Assembly: GCA_934149275.1 (NCBI GenBank) | Contig: CAKPEG010000008.1 | Location: forward strand, 210 to 64,209 | Direction of reading: 5' to 3' | Source: an uncultured Clostridia bacterium | GTDB lineage: Bacteria; Bacillota; Clostridia; TANB77; CAG-508 | DNA: 64,000 bases | Part shown: piece after piece, positions 1-9,357 of the stretch | Layout of the letters: each line of letters starts with the position of its first letter | Numbering within the stretch: position 1 is the stretch's first letter | Notes under the pieces: model-generated | Seen by the model: only the letters and a program-made list of their open reading frames with translations | What the model was told of the DNA's origin: nothing | The model's database searches: none | Position numbers and translations under genes: made by a program

Positions 1-107
1 GGAGGGGAGAATTATTAATAGTGTTAGTTATAGTAAATTGATTTAAAAAGTGTAAGAACACTTTTTAAAAGTAGAATAAAAAATAAAATTAAGGAGGTTT
101 TAAAAAA

Positions 108-590
108 ATGAATAAAAAAGTATTGATTATAGGGCTAATTGTAATGTTAGCAATTGTTTTAATAGGATTAACAGGATGCGGATCAAGTAGTAAAAAAAGC
201 AAAAAAGATACTAGATTTAATTATGTTATTGATGAATTAAATACAGCAGTTGATGAAGTATGTGAAAGAAATGATGATAAGCAAATTTCAGTTGTAAGAA
301 TTGAAGGGAGACTTGAACAAGCTTTGTCATCAGCAAAAATAATTGCTTGTGGCGATAAAGCTTTTACTAAAAAAGTTGATTTAACACAAACGACTTATAC
401 AACTGATTTAGACGGATATGATGGAACAATTTTGAGTAGTATGACAAGTATAACTAAGGATTCAAATGTTAATTATTGTTTAGTTTTCGATTCTAAATCA
501 AGAGGATATTTGAACATTAAAGTAAAATATGAAAAAATTGATGATGAAAATTATAAAACTGTATTTAGTGCACCAGAACTATTAAATTAA
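108..590 (+). CDS. Putative lipoprotein, unknown function
   Basis: SD AAGGAGG at 91-97. N-terminal hydrophobic signal ends in the lipobox L-T-G-C. No catalytic motif recognised. Confidence 0.6.
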   Translation: MNKKVLIIGLIVMLAIVLIGLTGCGSSSKKSKKDTRFNYVIDELNTAVDEVCERNDDKQISVVRIEGRLEQALSSAKIIACGDKAFTKKVDLTQTTYTTDLDGYDGTILSSMTSITKDSNVNYCLVFDSKSRGYLNIKVKYEKIDDENYKTVFSAPELLN

Positions 591-626
591 AAATGTTACT
601 GATGTAATGCAATAAAAGGAGTGCAT

Positions 627-1709
627 ATGAACGAAGTAGAAAAAATATTGGAAGATGCAAATAAATTTTATAAATTAAAGGAATATCAAAAAGCGATTGA
701 CACATGTAATTATGCTCTTAGTATAGAACCATTTAATAATGATATATATATCACAAAACTAAAATGTTTTTTGGGGTTTGTAGAATCGGTAGAAGATTTA
801 GAGAGCAAAATTAAAAAGGGAGATAAAATTGTATGGCACAATTGTAGATGTGTAGAAACTGTATATAATGATTTTTGCAAAATTATGGATGTTAATGATT
901 CAAAAGATTATGTGTATGAAAAAATGGGTAATGATAAAATAGAAGAATGTAAGTACATTGTGAATTTATTGAAGAATAATGAGGATCCGTATAATTTAGA
1001 AGTTATAGAAAAAAAGGGAGTAGAACAAGTTGAAAAAATAAATGAAATGTTAGAAGCATGCAAACAATTGGCTAAAGAAAAAAGTTTTGCAATTGCATAT
1101 GCAATAATTCATGACGTATTTATGCAATATAATGATATAGATAGTGATGTAAAATTTGTTATTGATTCTGTTCCAACTATGCATTTTTATATTAAAGATT
1201 CTGATTTTCAATATGGTGCATGGAGATTAGAATATACGGGAGAATATAGAGCGAACGTTGGAGAGAAAATATATACTGCTGGAAGTTTTTATGAAAAAGA
1301 TGATGATTTGCATTATAGAGGTGAATCAAAAGTTGTAAATGAATATGCAACTTGTAAACAACATACTTTTGCAAGTATAAAAAAAGAGGCGTATGGAAAT
1401 TCGTTAGAAGAGCTTTGTAGCGAGTTAAAATCAGCATATGAATATTATATTAAAAGATATGAGTATGGTGTTAAGGTTAAAAATAAATTAAATGAATTTA
1501 TAAAAAATAGTAATATTTTTACAAGAACGAAAAAAGTAAAGAATCTATGTGAGTATCTAAAAATTGATTATTATGGTAATAATATATATTTTACGGAAGT
1601 AACTGATTTTTCTGTTTTATTTAGATTAGGAGGATCAAAAGAAGTTGATATTGCAAGGAGTTCATATAATATTGAAGAAATAGAAAAATACATAGAAGAA
1701 TATAAATAA
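627..1709 (+). CDS. Hypothetical protein with TPR-like N-terminus
   Basis: Track ORF is 621-1709; ATG 627 lies about 6 nt after AGGAG. The N-terminal YKLKEYQKAIDTCNYALSIEP resembles a TPR repeat. The rest is unrecognised. Confidence 0.5.
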   Translation: MNEVEKILEDANKFYKLKEYQKAIDTCNYALSIEPFNNDIYITKLKCFLGFVESVEDLESKIKKGDKIVWHNCRCVETVYNDFCKIMDVNDSKDYVYEKMGNDKIEECKYIVNLLKNNEDPYNLEVIEKKGVEQVEKINEMLEACKQLAKEKSFAIAYAIIHDVFMQYNDIDSDVKFVIDSVPTMHFYIKDSDFQYGAWRLEYTGEYRANVGEKIYTAGSFYEKDDDLHYRGESKVVNEYATCKQHTFASIKKEAYGNSLEELCSELKSAYEYYIKRYEYGVKVKNKLNEFIKNSNIFTRTKKVKNLCEYLKIDYYGNNIYFTEVTDFSVLFRLGGSKEVDIARSSYNIEEIEKYIEEYK

Positions 1710-1732
1710 AGAAAAAGAAGGAGATATAAAAG

Positions 1733-2704
1733 ATGTTAAGTTTCATTGGAGCTTTTTTATTAATTTTTTTATTATCAGTTGCACTAGGTGGTATACCATT
1801 TGTACTTATCATAATTTTTGTTGAAATGTCTGGAAATGCAGATTATATGAGAGCAATTACTTGGGGATTATATTCAGTAATACAATGTACAAATTTCATT
1901 GCGTATTTATGTGGAAGAGAGTTTGAATTTTCAATAAGTTTAAATATTTCTGAAATAATTGATAATATAAAATCATTATTTAAAAAGAAGGATAGAGAAA
2001 GCTTAATAAAAGCTAAAGAAGTAAAAAATAAAAGTTTAACATTAAAAACTGTTGAATTGATTATTGTTATAGGTGCAATTATTTATGGAACGATTCGAGT
2101 ACAACATTCAGGAATTTTAAATTTGATTTATGCTAATCCAATATTAAGAGTATTATATATTTTAGGATTCGTTTTAACTGTTATTAATTTTATAAATAGT
2201 TATAGAAGTCAAAAAGGATATGAATCATTTATTTCTTGCTTAGGTGAATATATATTTCTTGAAGCTTTTGCGCTATTATTGGCTCTTACAATTGCTTCAA
2301 CTGGAGTTATGATTGCAGATTCAATGAATGATGATCATGGATATATGGATACAATTAAAACTTGGTATGTTTATGATAATAATAAATTTGATGAAAAAAG
2401 AGAAGAAACATCTTTCAAAGGAGAATATGAATTTTTAAAAGAAGATATTGAACAAGCTCTTTCAACGTTAAAATCAAGCCATGATATAAGTGTTGAAAGT
2501 GAATATGGTTATGTGAAATCAAATTTATTTAATGATACTAAACTTAACGAGTATGGTTATAAAATAACAGATGTAAAATGGAAAGATGATAATATAGAAC
2601 TATTCTATATTTTAGATAGAAAAACAAGAAAAGGAAATTATTATAAATTAAATTACCAAACAGGAATATTTGAGCAAGCAGTAAAAGAAGAGTGGAGTAA
2701 TTAG
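1733..2704 (+). CDS. Integral membrane protein with soluble C-terminal domain, unknown function
   Basis: SD GAAGGAG upstream. Several hydrophobic helices in the first ~200 residues. Tightly follows the two upstream ORFs. Confidence 0.5.
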   Translation: MLSFIGAFLLIFLLSVALGGIPFVLIIIFVEMSGNADYMRAITWGLYSVIQCTNFIAYLCGREFEFSISLNISEIIDNIKSLFKKKDRESLIKAKEVKNKSLTLKTVELIIVIGAIIYGTIRVQHSGILNLIYANPILRVLYILGFVLTVINFINSYRSQKGYESFISCLGEYIFLEAFALLLALTIASTGVMIADSMNDDHGYMDTIKTWYVYDNNKFDEKREETSFKGEYEFLKEDIEQALSTLKSSHDISVESEYGYVKSNLFNDTKLNEYGYKITDVKWKDDNIELFYILDRKTRKGNYYKLNYQTGIFEQAVKEEWSN

Positions 2705-2788
2705 GAAGAGAATTATAAATGCCATCCACGTACCCTAGTGGTTAAAAGAGATGCAGGATTTGGCACACCTGCCAAATAACCAGAATAT

Positions 2789-2823
2789 AAGGAGCTATGG
2801 AAACATAGCTCCTTAATTTTTTT
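2789..2823. terminator. Hairpin terminator between convergent genes
   Basis: Perfect 11-bp stem AAGGAGCTATG/CATAGCTCCTT with a GAAA loop, followed by a T-run. Confidence 0.75.
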
Positions 2824-2830
2824 CTGAGTA

Positions 2831-3418
2831 TTAGTTAAAATTTTGATAAAATTTCTTTTGTGCTAATTTTTCTTGAACGCCATTTAATGCTTCTCCAAAT
2901 CTTTGGAAGTGAACGACTTCACGTTCTCTTAAGAATCTTAATGGATCTAATACGTCAGGATCATCTGCGCAAAGGTCAATTAATTTTTCATATGTTGCAC
3001 GAGCTTTTTGTTCGGCAGCAAGGTCTTCTGTTAAATCTGTTACGGGATCACTTGTTACTTGCAATGTTGCTGCGCTAAATGGTGTTCCACTTGCTGATTG
3101 AGGATATGTGCCCCAGCCGTGATCTGTAAAATATGCTCCTAATCCGGCTTTTTCTAGTTCTTCAGGACATACACCATCTGTTAATTGATGAACCATACTG
3201 CTTACCATCTCAAGGTGGGCCAATTCTTCCGTGCCTATGTCGTTTAGGATAGCTTTTGATTTTTCGTCTGGCATGCTTATTCTTTGAGAAATATATCTTA
3301 AAGCTGCACCAATTTCTCCGTCAGGTCCACCATATTGTGAAATTATAAATTTTGCTAAACGTGGATTTGGATTTTTTATTCTAACGGGATATTCTAATTT
3401 CTTTTGATATAACCACAT
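2831..3418 (-). CDS. cotJC: Spore coat protein CotJC (manganese-catalase/ferritin-like family)
   Basis: Ferritin-like di-metal motifs (GEIGAALRYISQ, EELAHLEMV). Last gene of a cotJA-cotJB-cotJC ordered cluster with overlapping junctions. Confidence 0.85.
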   Translation of the reverse strand: MWLYQKKLEYPVRIKNPNPRLAKFIISQYGGPDGEIGAALRYISQRISMPDEKSKAILNDIGTEELAHLEMVSSMVHQLTDGVCPEELEKAGLGAYFTDHGWGTYPQSASGTPFSAATLQVTSDPVTDLTEDLAAEQKARATYEKLIDLCADDPDVLDPLRFLREREVVHFQRFGEALNGVQEKLAQKKFYQNFN

Positions 3419-3687
3419 TAAAAGCTACCTCCTTTTTCCCATGGCCAAGGCTGTTCTAGCCAACGCCATTTATTACATGGACATTCTATTGATAGAGGTC
3501 CATACATTTTTTGATAATTGTCTGTTAACATTCTTAGTTTATTTGCGTTTTCGTTGTGAAGACATAGAGCTCTTTGGTCATTTGGGTTTATGTCTAGGTA
3601 TAAGCCTAGTTCAATTACAGTAAAGTTTATAGCTCTTATTTCATCTAATAATTCTGATCTTGTTTTTGGGCAATTTTCTTCCATCAT
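3418..3687 (-). CDS. cotJB: Spore coat protein CotJB
   Basis: 89-aa ORF between cotJA and cotJC with a 4-nt overlap to cotJA and a 1-nt overlap to cotJC. Has the CotJB-like LLDEIRAINFTVIELGLYLDINP segment. Confidence 0.75.
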   Translation of the reverse strand: MMEENCPKTRSELLDEIRAINFTVIELGLYLDINPNDQRALCLHNENANKLRMLTDNYQKMYGPLSIECPCNKWRWLEQPWPWEKGGSF

Positions 3688-4031
3688 GAGTTACAGCCAC
3701 CTCCAATTGAATTTTGGTCTTTTAAATAGTTTATTGTGTCTAAAGATTGATTTGGACAGTATGGGCTAACTAGTTCAGGGAAGATTGTTCCCATTCTAAG
3801 TCCTATTTCTGGAGTGTATACTTGATTCATTCTTTGGTGTGGAACATAGCAATGGCCATACATCCAATCTTGTGGGAATGCTGATGTGTTTGTGAAGCCA
3901 CATGAGCATGTATTATTATCTATGTTTCCATAGTCATTTTGTACCATACTACAAGATTCTTCGTACATTGTATTGTTATTGTTGTTATTACATTGAGAGT
4001 TGTTACATGAACAACCACAGTTTCTAAACAT
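3684..4031 (-). CDS. cotJA: Spore coat-associated protein CotJA
   Basis: Cys/Asn-rich N-terminus, then the CotJA-type YVPHQ...GLRMGTIFPELVSPY motif. SD GGAGGAA upstream. Confidence 0.7.
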   Translation of the reverse strand: MFRNCGCSCNNSQCNNNNNNTMYEESCSMVQNDYGNIDNNTCSCGFTNTSAFPQDWMYGHCYVPHQRMNQVYTPEIGLRMGTIFPELVSPYCPNQSLDTINYLKDQNSIGGGCNS

Positions 4032-4211
4032 TTATAATTCCTCCTTTTTTCTTATAATATAAAATATGAGAAAAATTTAAAAAAAGTGATAAAAAGTAAT
4101 TGTAATTATATAGTCATATGTTATAATTTACCTATATCGTTATTCACGACTTACAATAGATTTCGGAAATGTACGGTAGGATTTAGTAGGAAAAAGGAGT
4201 GAAAGTATAAT

Positions 4212-4478
4212 ATGAAGAAAATGATGACAATAATTGATGAGGAAAATAACATAGAAGAGGTTGAGGTATTAAATATTTTGTATTTGGATGTGACTGAAAA
4301 AAATTATGTGTTTTATGTTGAACCAGGTGAAGAAGAAAATGGAAGTGTTTTGATTTGTACTGCATCATGTGAAAAGTTAGATGATAAAAGGTTAAGAATT
4401 GATAGAAGATTATCAAATATTGAAAGAAAGATGATGAAATTGTCTTTGAATATAATGTTTGGATTAACAAAGGATTAA
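4212..4478 (+). CDS. Small DUF1292-like protein
   Basis: SD AAGGAG upstream. The N-terminal IIDEENNIEEVEVLNILYLD..KNYVFYVEP pattern resembles DUF1292/UPF0473 proteins. The C-terminal half is atypical. Confidence 0.45.
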   Translation: MKKMMTIIDEENNIEEVEVLNILYLDVTEKNYVFYVEPGEEENGSVLICTASCEKLDDKRLRIDRRLSNIERKMMKLSLNIMFGLTKD

Positions 4479-4486
4479 TTATTTGG

Positions 4487-4517
4487 AAACTCAGTAAAAA
4501 TTTTACTGAGTTTTTTT
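4487..4517 (+). terminator. Intrinsic terminator
   Basis: AAACTCAGTAAAA/TTTTACTGAGTTT stem followed by a T-run. Confidence 0.8.
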
Positions 4518-4584
4518 AAAACTATTTCAAAAAATGCGAAAATAAGGTATAATAGAAAGGAATTGTTTTATTTAGGAGAGAAAT

Positions 4585-6273
4585 ATGCGAAAAAAGTGGA
4601 AATATAAAGAATTAGATGAAGAGAAAATTGATGAAATAGTTAAAAAATTTAATGTACCTGAATTATTAGCCACGGTTTTGGTTAATAGAGGTATAGTTGA
4701 TGATGAAGAAATTAGAGTATTTTTAAATCCTACAAGATCTGATTTTCACGATCCATATTTAATGCCTGATATGGAGATTGCTGTTGAGAGAATTATAAAA
4801 GCAATTGATAATCAAGAAAAAGTTATTATTTATGGTGATTATGATGTTGATGGAATAACTAGTATTACAGTTTTAAAGAAATTTTTAAAGACTTGTGGTT
4901 TAGAGGCTGATTATTATATACCTAATCGTTTAAGTGAAGGGTATGGCTTGAATAATGCAGCGATTGATTATATAAAAGAAAAAGAATATACATTGATTAT
5001 TACAGTTGATTGTGGAATTTCTGGTATTGAAGAGATTGAATATGCAAATAGCTTAGGAATTGAGACTATCGTAACAGATCATCATGAGCCAATGGAAGTT
5101 TTACCACCTGCTGTTGCTATTGTTGATTTGAAGAGAAAAGATAATGATACATATCCATTCAAAAGTTTAGCTGGTTGTGGGGTTGTTTTTAAATTAACTC
5201 AAGCGCTTGGAATGAGACTTGGTATAGATGAAAAAGAATATTTAAAATATTTAGATATTGTTTGTGTTGGTACAATTTCAGATATTGTTCCATTAGTTGA
5301 TGAAAATAGGGTTATTGCTAAACTTGGATTAAAGTTGGTTGAAGTTACTAGAAATCCTGGACTTAAGGCTTTGCTTAATGCTTCTGGATATAAGGTTGTT
5401 AACTCAAATACAATTTCTTTTGGAATTGCTCCTAGAATTAATGCTTGTGGAAGAATGGGCTATGAGGAAGAAGCTTTAAAATTATTTTTAACTGAAAATT
5501 TAGTTCAAGCTTCAGAAATAACTGAGAGATTGAATAAATATAATAGAGATAGACAAGAAATAGAGAAAAATATTTATGATGAAGCAATTAAAATGATGGA
5601 AAAGGAAGATTCAAATGCTCAGTCTATTGTTTTAGGAAGCAATAATTGGCATCATGGTGTTATTGGAATTGTTTCTTCAAAGATTACAGAGATGTATTTT
5701 AAGCCTTCAATTTTGATATGTTTTGAAGGTGAGGATGGAAAAGGTTCTGGTAGAAGTATTCCTGGATTTGATCTTCATGAAGCTTTGGCTGAAACAGCTA
5801 AGTATTTAGAGAAATACGGCGGTCATGAAATGGCTGTTGGATTAAGTTTAAAAAAGAATAATTTTAATAGATTTAAAGAAGCTTTTGAAAAATATGTTGA
5901 AGAGAAAGATATAACTGGAATAGTTCCAATTATAGAGATTGATAAACAAATAAGTTTGAAAGATATAGATAGTAATATTGTTAAACAATTAGATTTATTA
6001 GAGCCTTTTGGTGAGGCTAATAGAAGACCAGTTTTTGTTTATAAGAATTTGAAAATAGATTCTATTCGTGCTTTATCAGATGGAAAGCATTTGAAGATGA
6101 CATTGAAAGATGGTAATACAATTGTTAATGCGATTGGTTTTAATATGGGGCAACTTTCAAAAGAGTATATGATAGGTGATAGAATTGATGTTGTTGGAAC
6201 ATTAGAAATAAATGCTTATAACGGAAGAGAAATGGTACAAATTAATGTTAAGGATATAATGAAGTCTTTATAA
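4585..6273 (+). CDS. recJ: Single-stranded-DNA-specific exonuclease RecJ
   Basis: DHH-family motifs (DYDVDGITS, VDCG, TDHHEP) and the DHHA1 motif GGHEMAVG. Confidence 0.9.
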   Translation: MRKKWKYKELDEEKIDEIVKKFNVPELLATVLVNRGIVDDEEIRVFLNPTRSDFHDPYLMPDMEIAVERIIKAIDNQEKVIIYGDYDVDGITSITVLKKFLKTCGLEADYYIPNRLSEGYGLNNAAIDYIKEKEYTLIITVDCGISGIEEIEYANSLGIETIVTDHHEPMEVLPPAVAIVDLKRKDNDTYPFKSLAGCGVVFKLTQALGMRLGIDEKEYLKYLDIVCVGTISDIVPLVDENRVIAKLGLKLVEVTRNPGLKALLNASGYKVVNSNTISFGIAPRINACGRMGYEEEALKLFLTENLVQASEITERLNKYNRDRQEIEKNIYDEAIKMMEKEDSNAQSIVLGSNNWHHGVIGIVSSKITEMYFKPSILICFEGEDGKGSGRSIPGFDLHEALAETAKYLEKYGGHEMAVGLSLKKNNFNRFKEAFEKYVEEKDITGIVPIIEIDKQISLKDIDSNIVKQLDLLEPFGEANRRPVFVYKNLKIDSIRALSDGKHLKMTLKDGNTIVNAIGFNMGQLSKEYMIGDRIDVVGTLEINAYNGREMVQINVKDIMKSL

Positions 6274-6300
6274 AATATAGAAAAGGGGAGTGAATGATAT

Positions 6301-8496
6301 ATGAAAAGTGATATGTTAGAAAGAAATATTGATGATGTTATTAAGCTTGCTAAAGAGAAGAATAGAAAAGTTGATGTGAAGAAGATAACTAAAGCATATA
6401 ATTATGCATGTGAAAAGCATGGAGATCAAAAAAGAAGATCTGGTGAGCCTTATATTATTCATCCACTCCAAGTTGCATATACATTAGCTGGATTAGAAAT
6501 GGATACAGATACAATTTGTGCGGCTTTACTACATGATGTCGTTGAAGATACTGATGCAACTAATGAGGATCTTATTAGAGAGTTTGGTGAGTCTGTTGCT
6601 GAGATGGTAGATGGTGTTACTAAACTTGGTAAATTGCAATATACAACTAAAGAAGAGCAACAGGTTGAAGATTATAGAAAAATGTTCCTAGCAATGGGAA
6701 AAGATATTAGAGTTATTTTGATTAAACTTGCTGATAGACTTCATAATATGAGAACTTTGAAGTTTTTGAGTAGAGAAAGACAAATTGCTAATGCGAAGGA
6801 AACAATGGATTTGTATGCTCCTTTGGCTAACCGTTTAGGTATATATTCTTTGAAATGGGAATTAGAAGATTTATCTTTCAAATATTTATATCCAGATGAG
6901 TATCATGAAATTGTTAAAGGTTTGGATAAAAAGAGAGAAGAGAGACTTGCTTTTATTGATAGTATAATGGATGAGATAAGAGTTGAGTTGAAGAATGCTA
7001 AGATAAATGCTGAGGTTACTGGTAGAGCAAAACATATTTATAGTATTTATAGAAAAATGCAAAGAGATAATTCAACATTAGATCAAGTTTATGATTTATT
7101 TGCTCTTAGAATTTTAGTTAATTCTGTTAGAGATTGTTATGCTGCTTTAGGTATTGTTCATGATTTATATAATCCAATGCCTGGTAGATTTAAAGATTAT
7201 ATTTCAGTACCTAAAAAGAACATGTATCAGTCTATACATACAACTTTGATAGGTCCAAATGGTACTCCTTTTGAGGTTCAGATTAGAACTTGGGATATGC
7301 ATAGGGTTGCTGAGTTTGGTATTGCAGCGCATTGGGCTTACAAAGAGCAAAGTTATAAAGGAAAGAAAAAAGCTGTTGTTGTTAAAGATGATAAATTGTC
7401 TTGGCTTCGTGAGACTTTGGAATGGCAAAAAAATACTGAGAATCCTGATGAGTTTTTAAATACTTTAAAGAAAGAATTGTTTGAAGATGAAGTTCACGTG
7501 TTTACTCCAAAGGGTGATATTAAAGTTTTACCTCGTGGTAGTACTCCAATTGATTTAGCTTATGCAATTCATGAGCAAGTTGGACATAGAATGATAGGTG
7601 CTAAAATTAATAGTAAAATGATGCCTATTGTTACAAAACTTCAAAATGGTGATATTGTTGAAATTATTACTTCAGATTCTGCTAAAGGTCCAAGTAGAGA
7701 TTGGCTTAAGTTTGTTAAGAGTAGTGGTGCAAAAACTAAGATTCAACAATGGTTTAAGAAGGCTCAAAGAGAAGAGAACATTGAAAAAGGTAAAGATATT
7801 TTAGAAAAAGATATAAAGAAATTAGGAATGAAGCATAGTGACTTGTTCAAACCTGAATGGGTTCAAATTGCTTTAGATAGATATAAATATAATTCAGTTG
7901 ATGATATGTATGCAAGTATTGGTTTCGGTGCTATTTCAGCTACTAAAATTATTGCAAGATTGCTTGAAGAATATAGAAAAGAACATAAAGAAGAGGATTT
8001 AGAAAAAACTATTTCTGAGCTTGCTAATAAAAAGACTTTGACTAAGCCTTCAAGAACTGGTGTTATCGTTGAGGGGATTGATAACTGCTTAGTTAAGCTT
8101 TCAAAGTGCTGTAATCCATTACCTGGTGATCAGATTGTTGGTTATATCACTAAAGGTAGAGGGGTTTCAGTCCATCGTGCTGATTGTGTTAATGTTAAGG
8201 ATTTGCTTTCTGATGAGGGTAGAATGATTGATGTTTATTGGGCTAATGAGGCTAAGACTACTTATAGTGTTGAGGTTACTGTGTATGCTAATGATAGACA
8301 GGGATTGCTTGCTGATGTTATTAAGGCTATTACGGGTGCTAAGTTTAATATCCTTGGTGTTAATACTAAGACTACTAAGGAGAGGATTGCTATTATTGAT
8401 ATGACTATCGAGCTTGAGAATTTGGAGGAGTTGAAGAAGGTTATTAGGGTGCTTAGGGGTGTTGATAGTGTTTATGATGTAAAAAGAAATAAATAA
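6301..8496 (+). CDS. relA: Bifunctional (p)ppGpp synthetase/hydrolase, long RSH
   Basis: HD hydrolase motif (HDVVEDT). Synthetase motifs (GRAKHIYSIYRKM, MYQSIHTT, EVQIRTWDMH). TGS- and ACT-like C-terminal domains. 731 aa. Confidence 0.9.
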   Translation: MKSDMLERNIDDVIKLAKEKNRKVDVKKITKAYNYACEKHGDQKRRSGEPYIIHPLQVAYTLAGLEMDTDTICAALLHDVVEDTDATNEDLIREFGESVAEMVDGVTKLGKLQYTTKEEQQVEDYRKMFLAMGKDIRVILIKLADRLHNMRTLKFLSRERQIANAKETMDLYAPLANRLGIYSLKWELEDLSFKYLYPDEYHEIVKGLDKKREERLAFIDSIMDEIRVELKNAKINAEVTGRAKHIYSIYRKMQRDNSTLDQVYDLFALRILVNSVRDCYAALGIVHDLYNPMPGRFKDYISVPKKNMYQSIHTTLIGPNGTPFEVQIRTWDMHRVAEFGIAAHWAYKEQSYKGKKKAVVVKDDKLSWLRETLEWQKNTENPDEFLNTLKKELFEDEVHVFTPKGDIKVLPRGSTPIDLAYAIHEQVGHRMIGAKINSKMMPIVTKLQNGDIVEIITSDSAKGPSRDWLKFVKSSGAKTKIQQWFKKAQREENIEKGKDILEKDIKKLGMKHSDLFKPEWVQIALDRYKYNSVDDMYASIGFGAISATKIIARLLEEYRKEHKEEDLEKTISELANKKTLTKPSRTGVIVEGIDNCLVKLSKCCNPLPGDQIVGYITKGRGVSVHRADCVNVKDLLSDEGRMIDVYWANEAKTTYSVEVTVYANDRQGLLADVIKAITGAKFNILGVNTKTTKERIAIIDMTIELENLEELKKVIRVLRGVDSVYDVKRNK

Positions 8497-8499
8497 TGG

Positions 8500-8621
8500 G
8501 TTCGAAAGATAATCATCATTTTGCGTTGTTACATTTCAGTTTTAATTCCTGCGACGTACCTATGTACGCCTCGGAATTTAAAACTTCATGTGCCTAGCAA
8601 AATAATAATTCTATTTCGAAC
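8500..8621. repeat. Long imperfect palindrome LIR-A (122 bp)
   Basis: Ends GTTCGAAAGATAAT.../...AATTCTATTTCGAAC pair. Middle stem is CAGTTTTAATTCC/GGAATTTAAAACT. Apex is GACGTAC-CTAT-GTACGCC. Homologous in ends and apex to 37669-37790. Confidence 0.7.
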
Positions 8622-8694
8622 GGTTTAAGAGTGAAATAATTAATTTATTTCGAATAGCTGAGTTATAAAAATTTACAAATGAGAAGGAGAGAAA

Positions 8695-9345
8695 ATGATT
8701 TTAAAAACGTTGAAGTTGAAAATTGGTCATATGAATTTGGTGACTAATTGTTATATTATTGTTGATGAGCATTCTAAGGAGGCTATGGTTATTGATCCGG
8801 GTGCTGAGCCTGAGAAGATTATCGAGATGCTTGATATATTGGATGCTAATTTGAAATATATTTTTTTAACGCATTGCCATGCTGATCATATTGGTGCTGT
8901 TGATGCAATTAAAAATGCTAAGGGTGGTAAAATTTTAATTAGTCGTGATGATAGTTCGGGTTTATATGATTCGTCTATTAGTTTGACTTATTATACAGAA
9001 ACTCATAATCCTGAGCTTGAGCCTGATTCTAGGGTTGATGATGGTGATTTGATTCATGTTGGAAATATTGAGTTTAGAGTAATTGCTACTCCTGGACATA
9101 CAAAAGGTGGACTTTGTTTATATTGTCCTGATGAGGATATGATTTTTACAGGTGATACAATTTTTTCTGGTTGCTGGGGAAGAACAGATCTTCCAACTGG
9201 TAGTATGGATGACATTATGGATTCTATTACTCATAAAATTTTGATTTTACCTGAGAATACAATTATGTATCCAGGACATGGAAAGTCTACTCTAATTAAA
9301 GAAGAAAAACCGATTTATTTCGAATTGAGAAAAAAAGATTTTTAA
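8695..9345 (+). CDS. MBL-fold metallo-hydrolase (glyoxalase II-like)
   Basis: THCHADH metal-binding motif and downstream GHTKG. SD GAAGGAGAG upstream. Confidence 0.8.
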   Translation: MILKTLKLKIGHMNLVTNCYIIVDEHSKEAMVIDPGAEPEKIIEMLDILDANLKYIFLTHCHADHIGAVDAIKNAKGGKILISRDDSSGLYDSSISLTYYTETHNPELEPDSRVDDGDLIHVGNIEFRVIATPGHTKGGLCLYCPDEDMIFTGDTIFSGCWGRTDLPTGSMDDIMDSITHKILILPENTIMYPGHGKSTLIKEEKPIYFELRKKDF

Positions 9346-9357
9346 GGAGTGATATTT

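Noticed and set aside
78-107. Near-identical ~27-nt stretch (AAAAAATAAAATT.AGGAGGTTTTAAAA) in front of the lipoprotein gene (108) and the rubrerythrin gene (61905).
   Set aside because: It is a short, A/T-homopolymeric sequence plus a consensus SD, so chance similarity in a ~30% GC genome is plausible. No extended similarity exists beyond it.
2715-2790. A locally GC-richer patch with short hairpins (CCACGTACCCTAGTGG; GCAGGATTTGGCACACCTGC) downstream of 1733-2704. It includes a TGGCAC that recalls a sigma-54 -24 box or a tRNA fragment.
   Set aside because: There is no TTGC -12 element at the right spacing. There is no cloverleaf, and the loop is 10 nt rather than 7. No downstream gene is in the right orientation. 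It is probably just 3' UTR.
8485-8672. LIR-A plus an outer GAAATAAAT/ATTTATTTC pairing gives a ~188-nt irregular hairpin, a size and shape reminiscent of 6S RNA.
   Set aside because: Two further elements with the same architecture (37669-37790, 51998-52166) occur within 64 kb. I cannot recognise the 6S central-bubble signature by eye. The mismatch pattern favours the strand opposite to the flanking genes. Only a cmsearch with the 6S model could settle it.
9349-9357. N-terminal extensions of track ORFs at 621, 9349, 11960, 17254, 17895, 30946, 31974, 33294, 34453, 37829, 44654, 46208, 50283, 54014, 55716 and 17212(-).
   Set aside because: In each case an internal ATG with a properly spaced SD matches the conserved N-terminus of the family. 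The extensions run through promoters, hairpins or upstream stop regions.
9292-9357. Looked for a T-box leader upstream of hisS, and for riboswitches upstream of folC, pgi and the suf operon.
   Set aside because: hisS follows the MBL gene with a 12-nt gap, so there is no room for a leader. The other leaders lack the conserved cores and look like plain AT-rich promoters.
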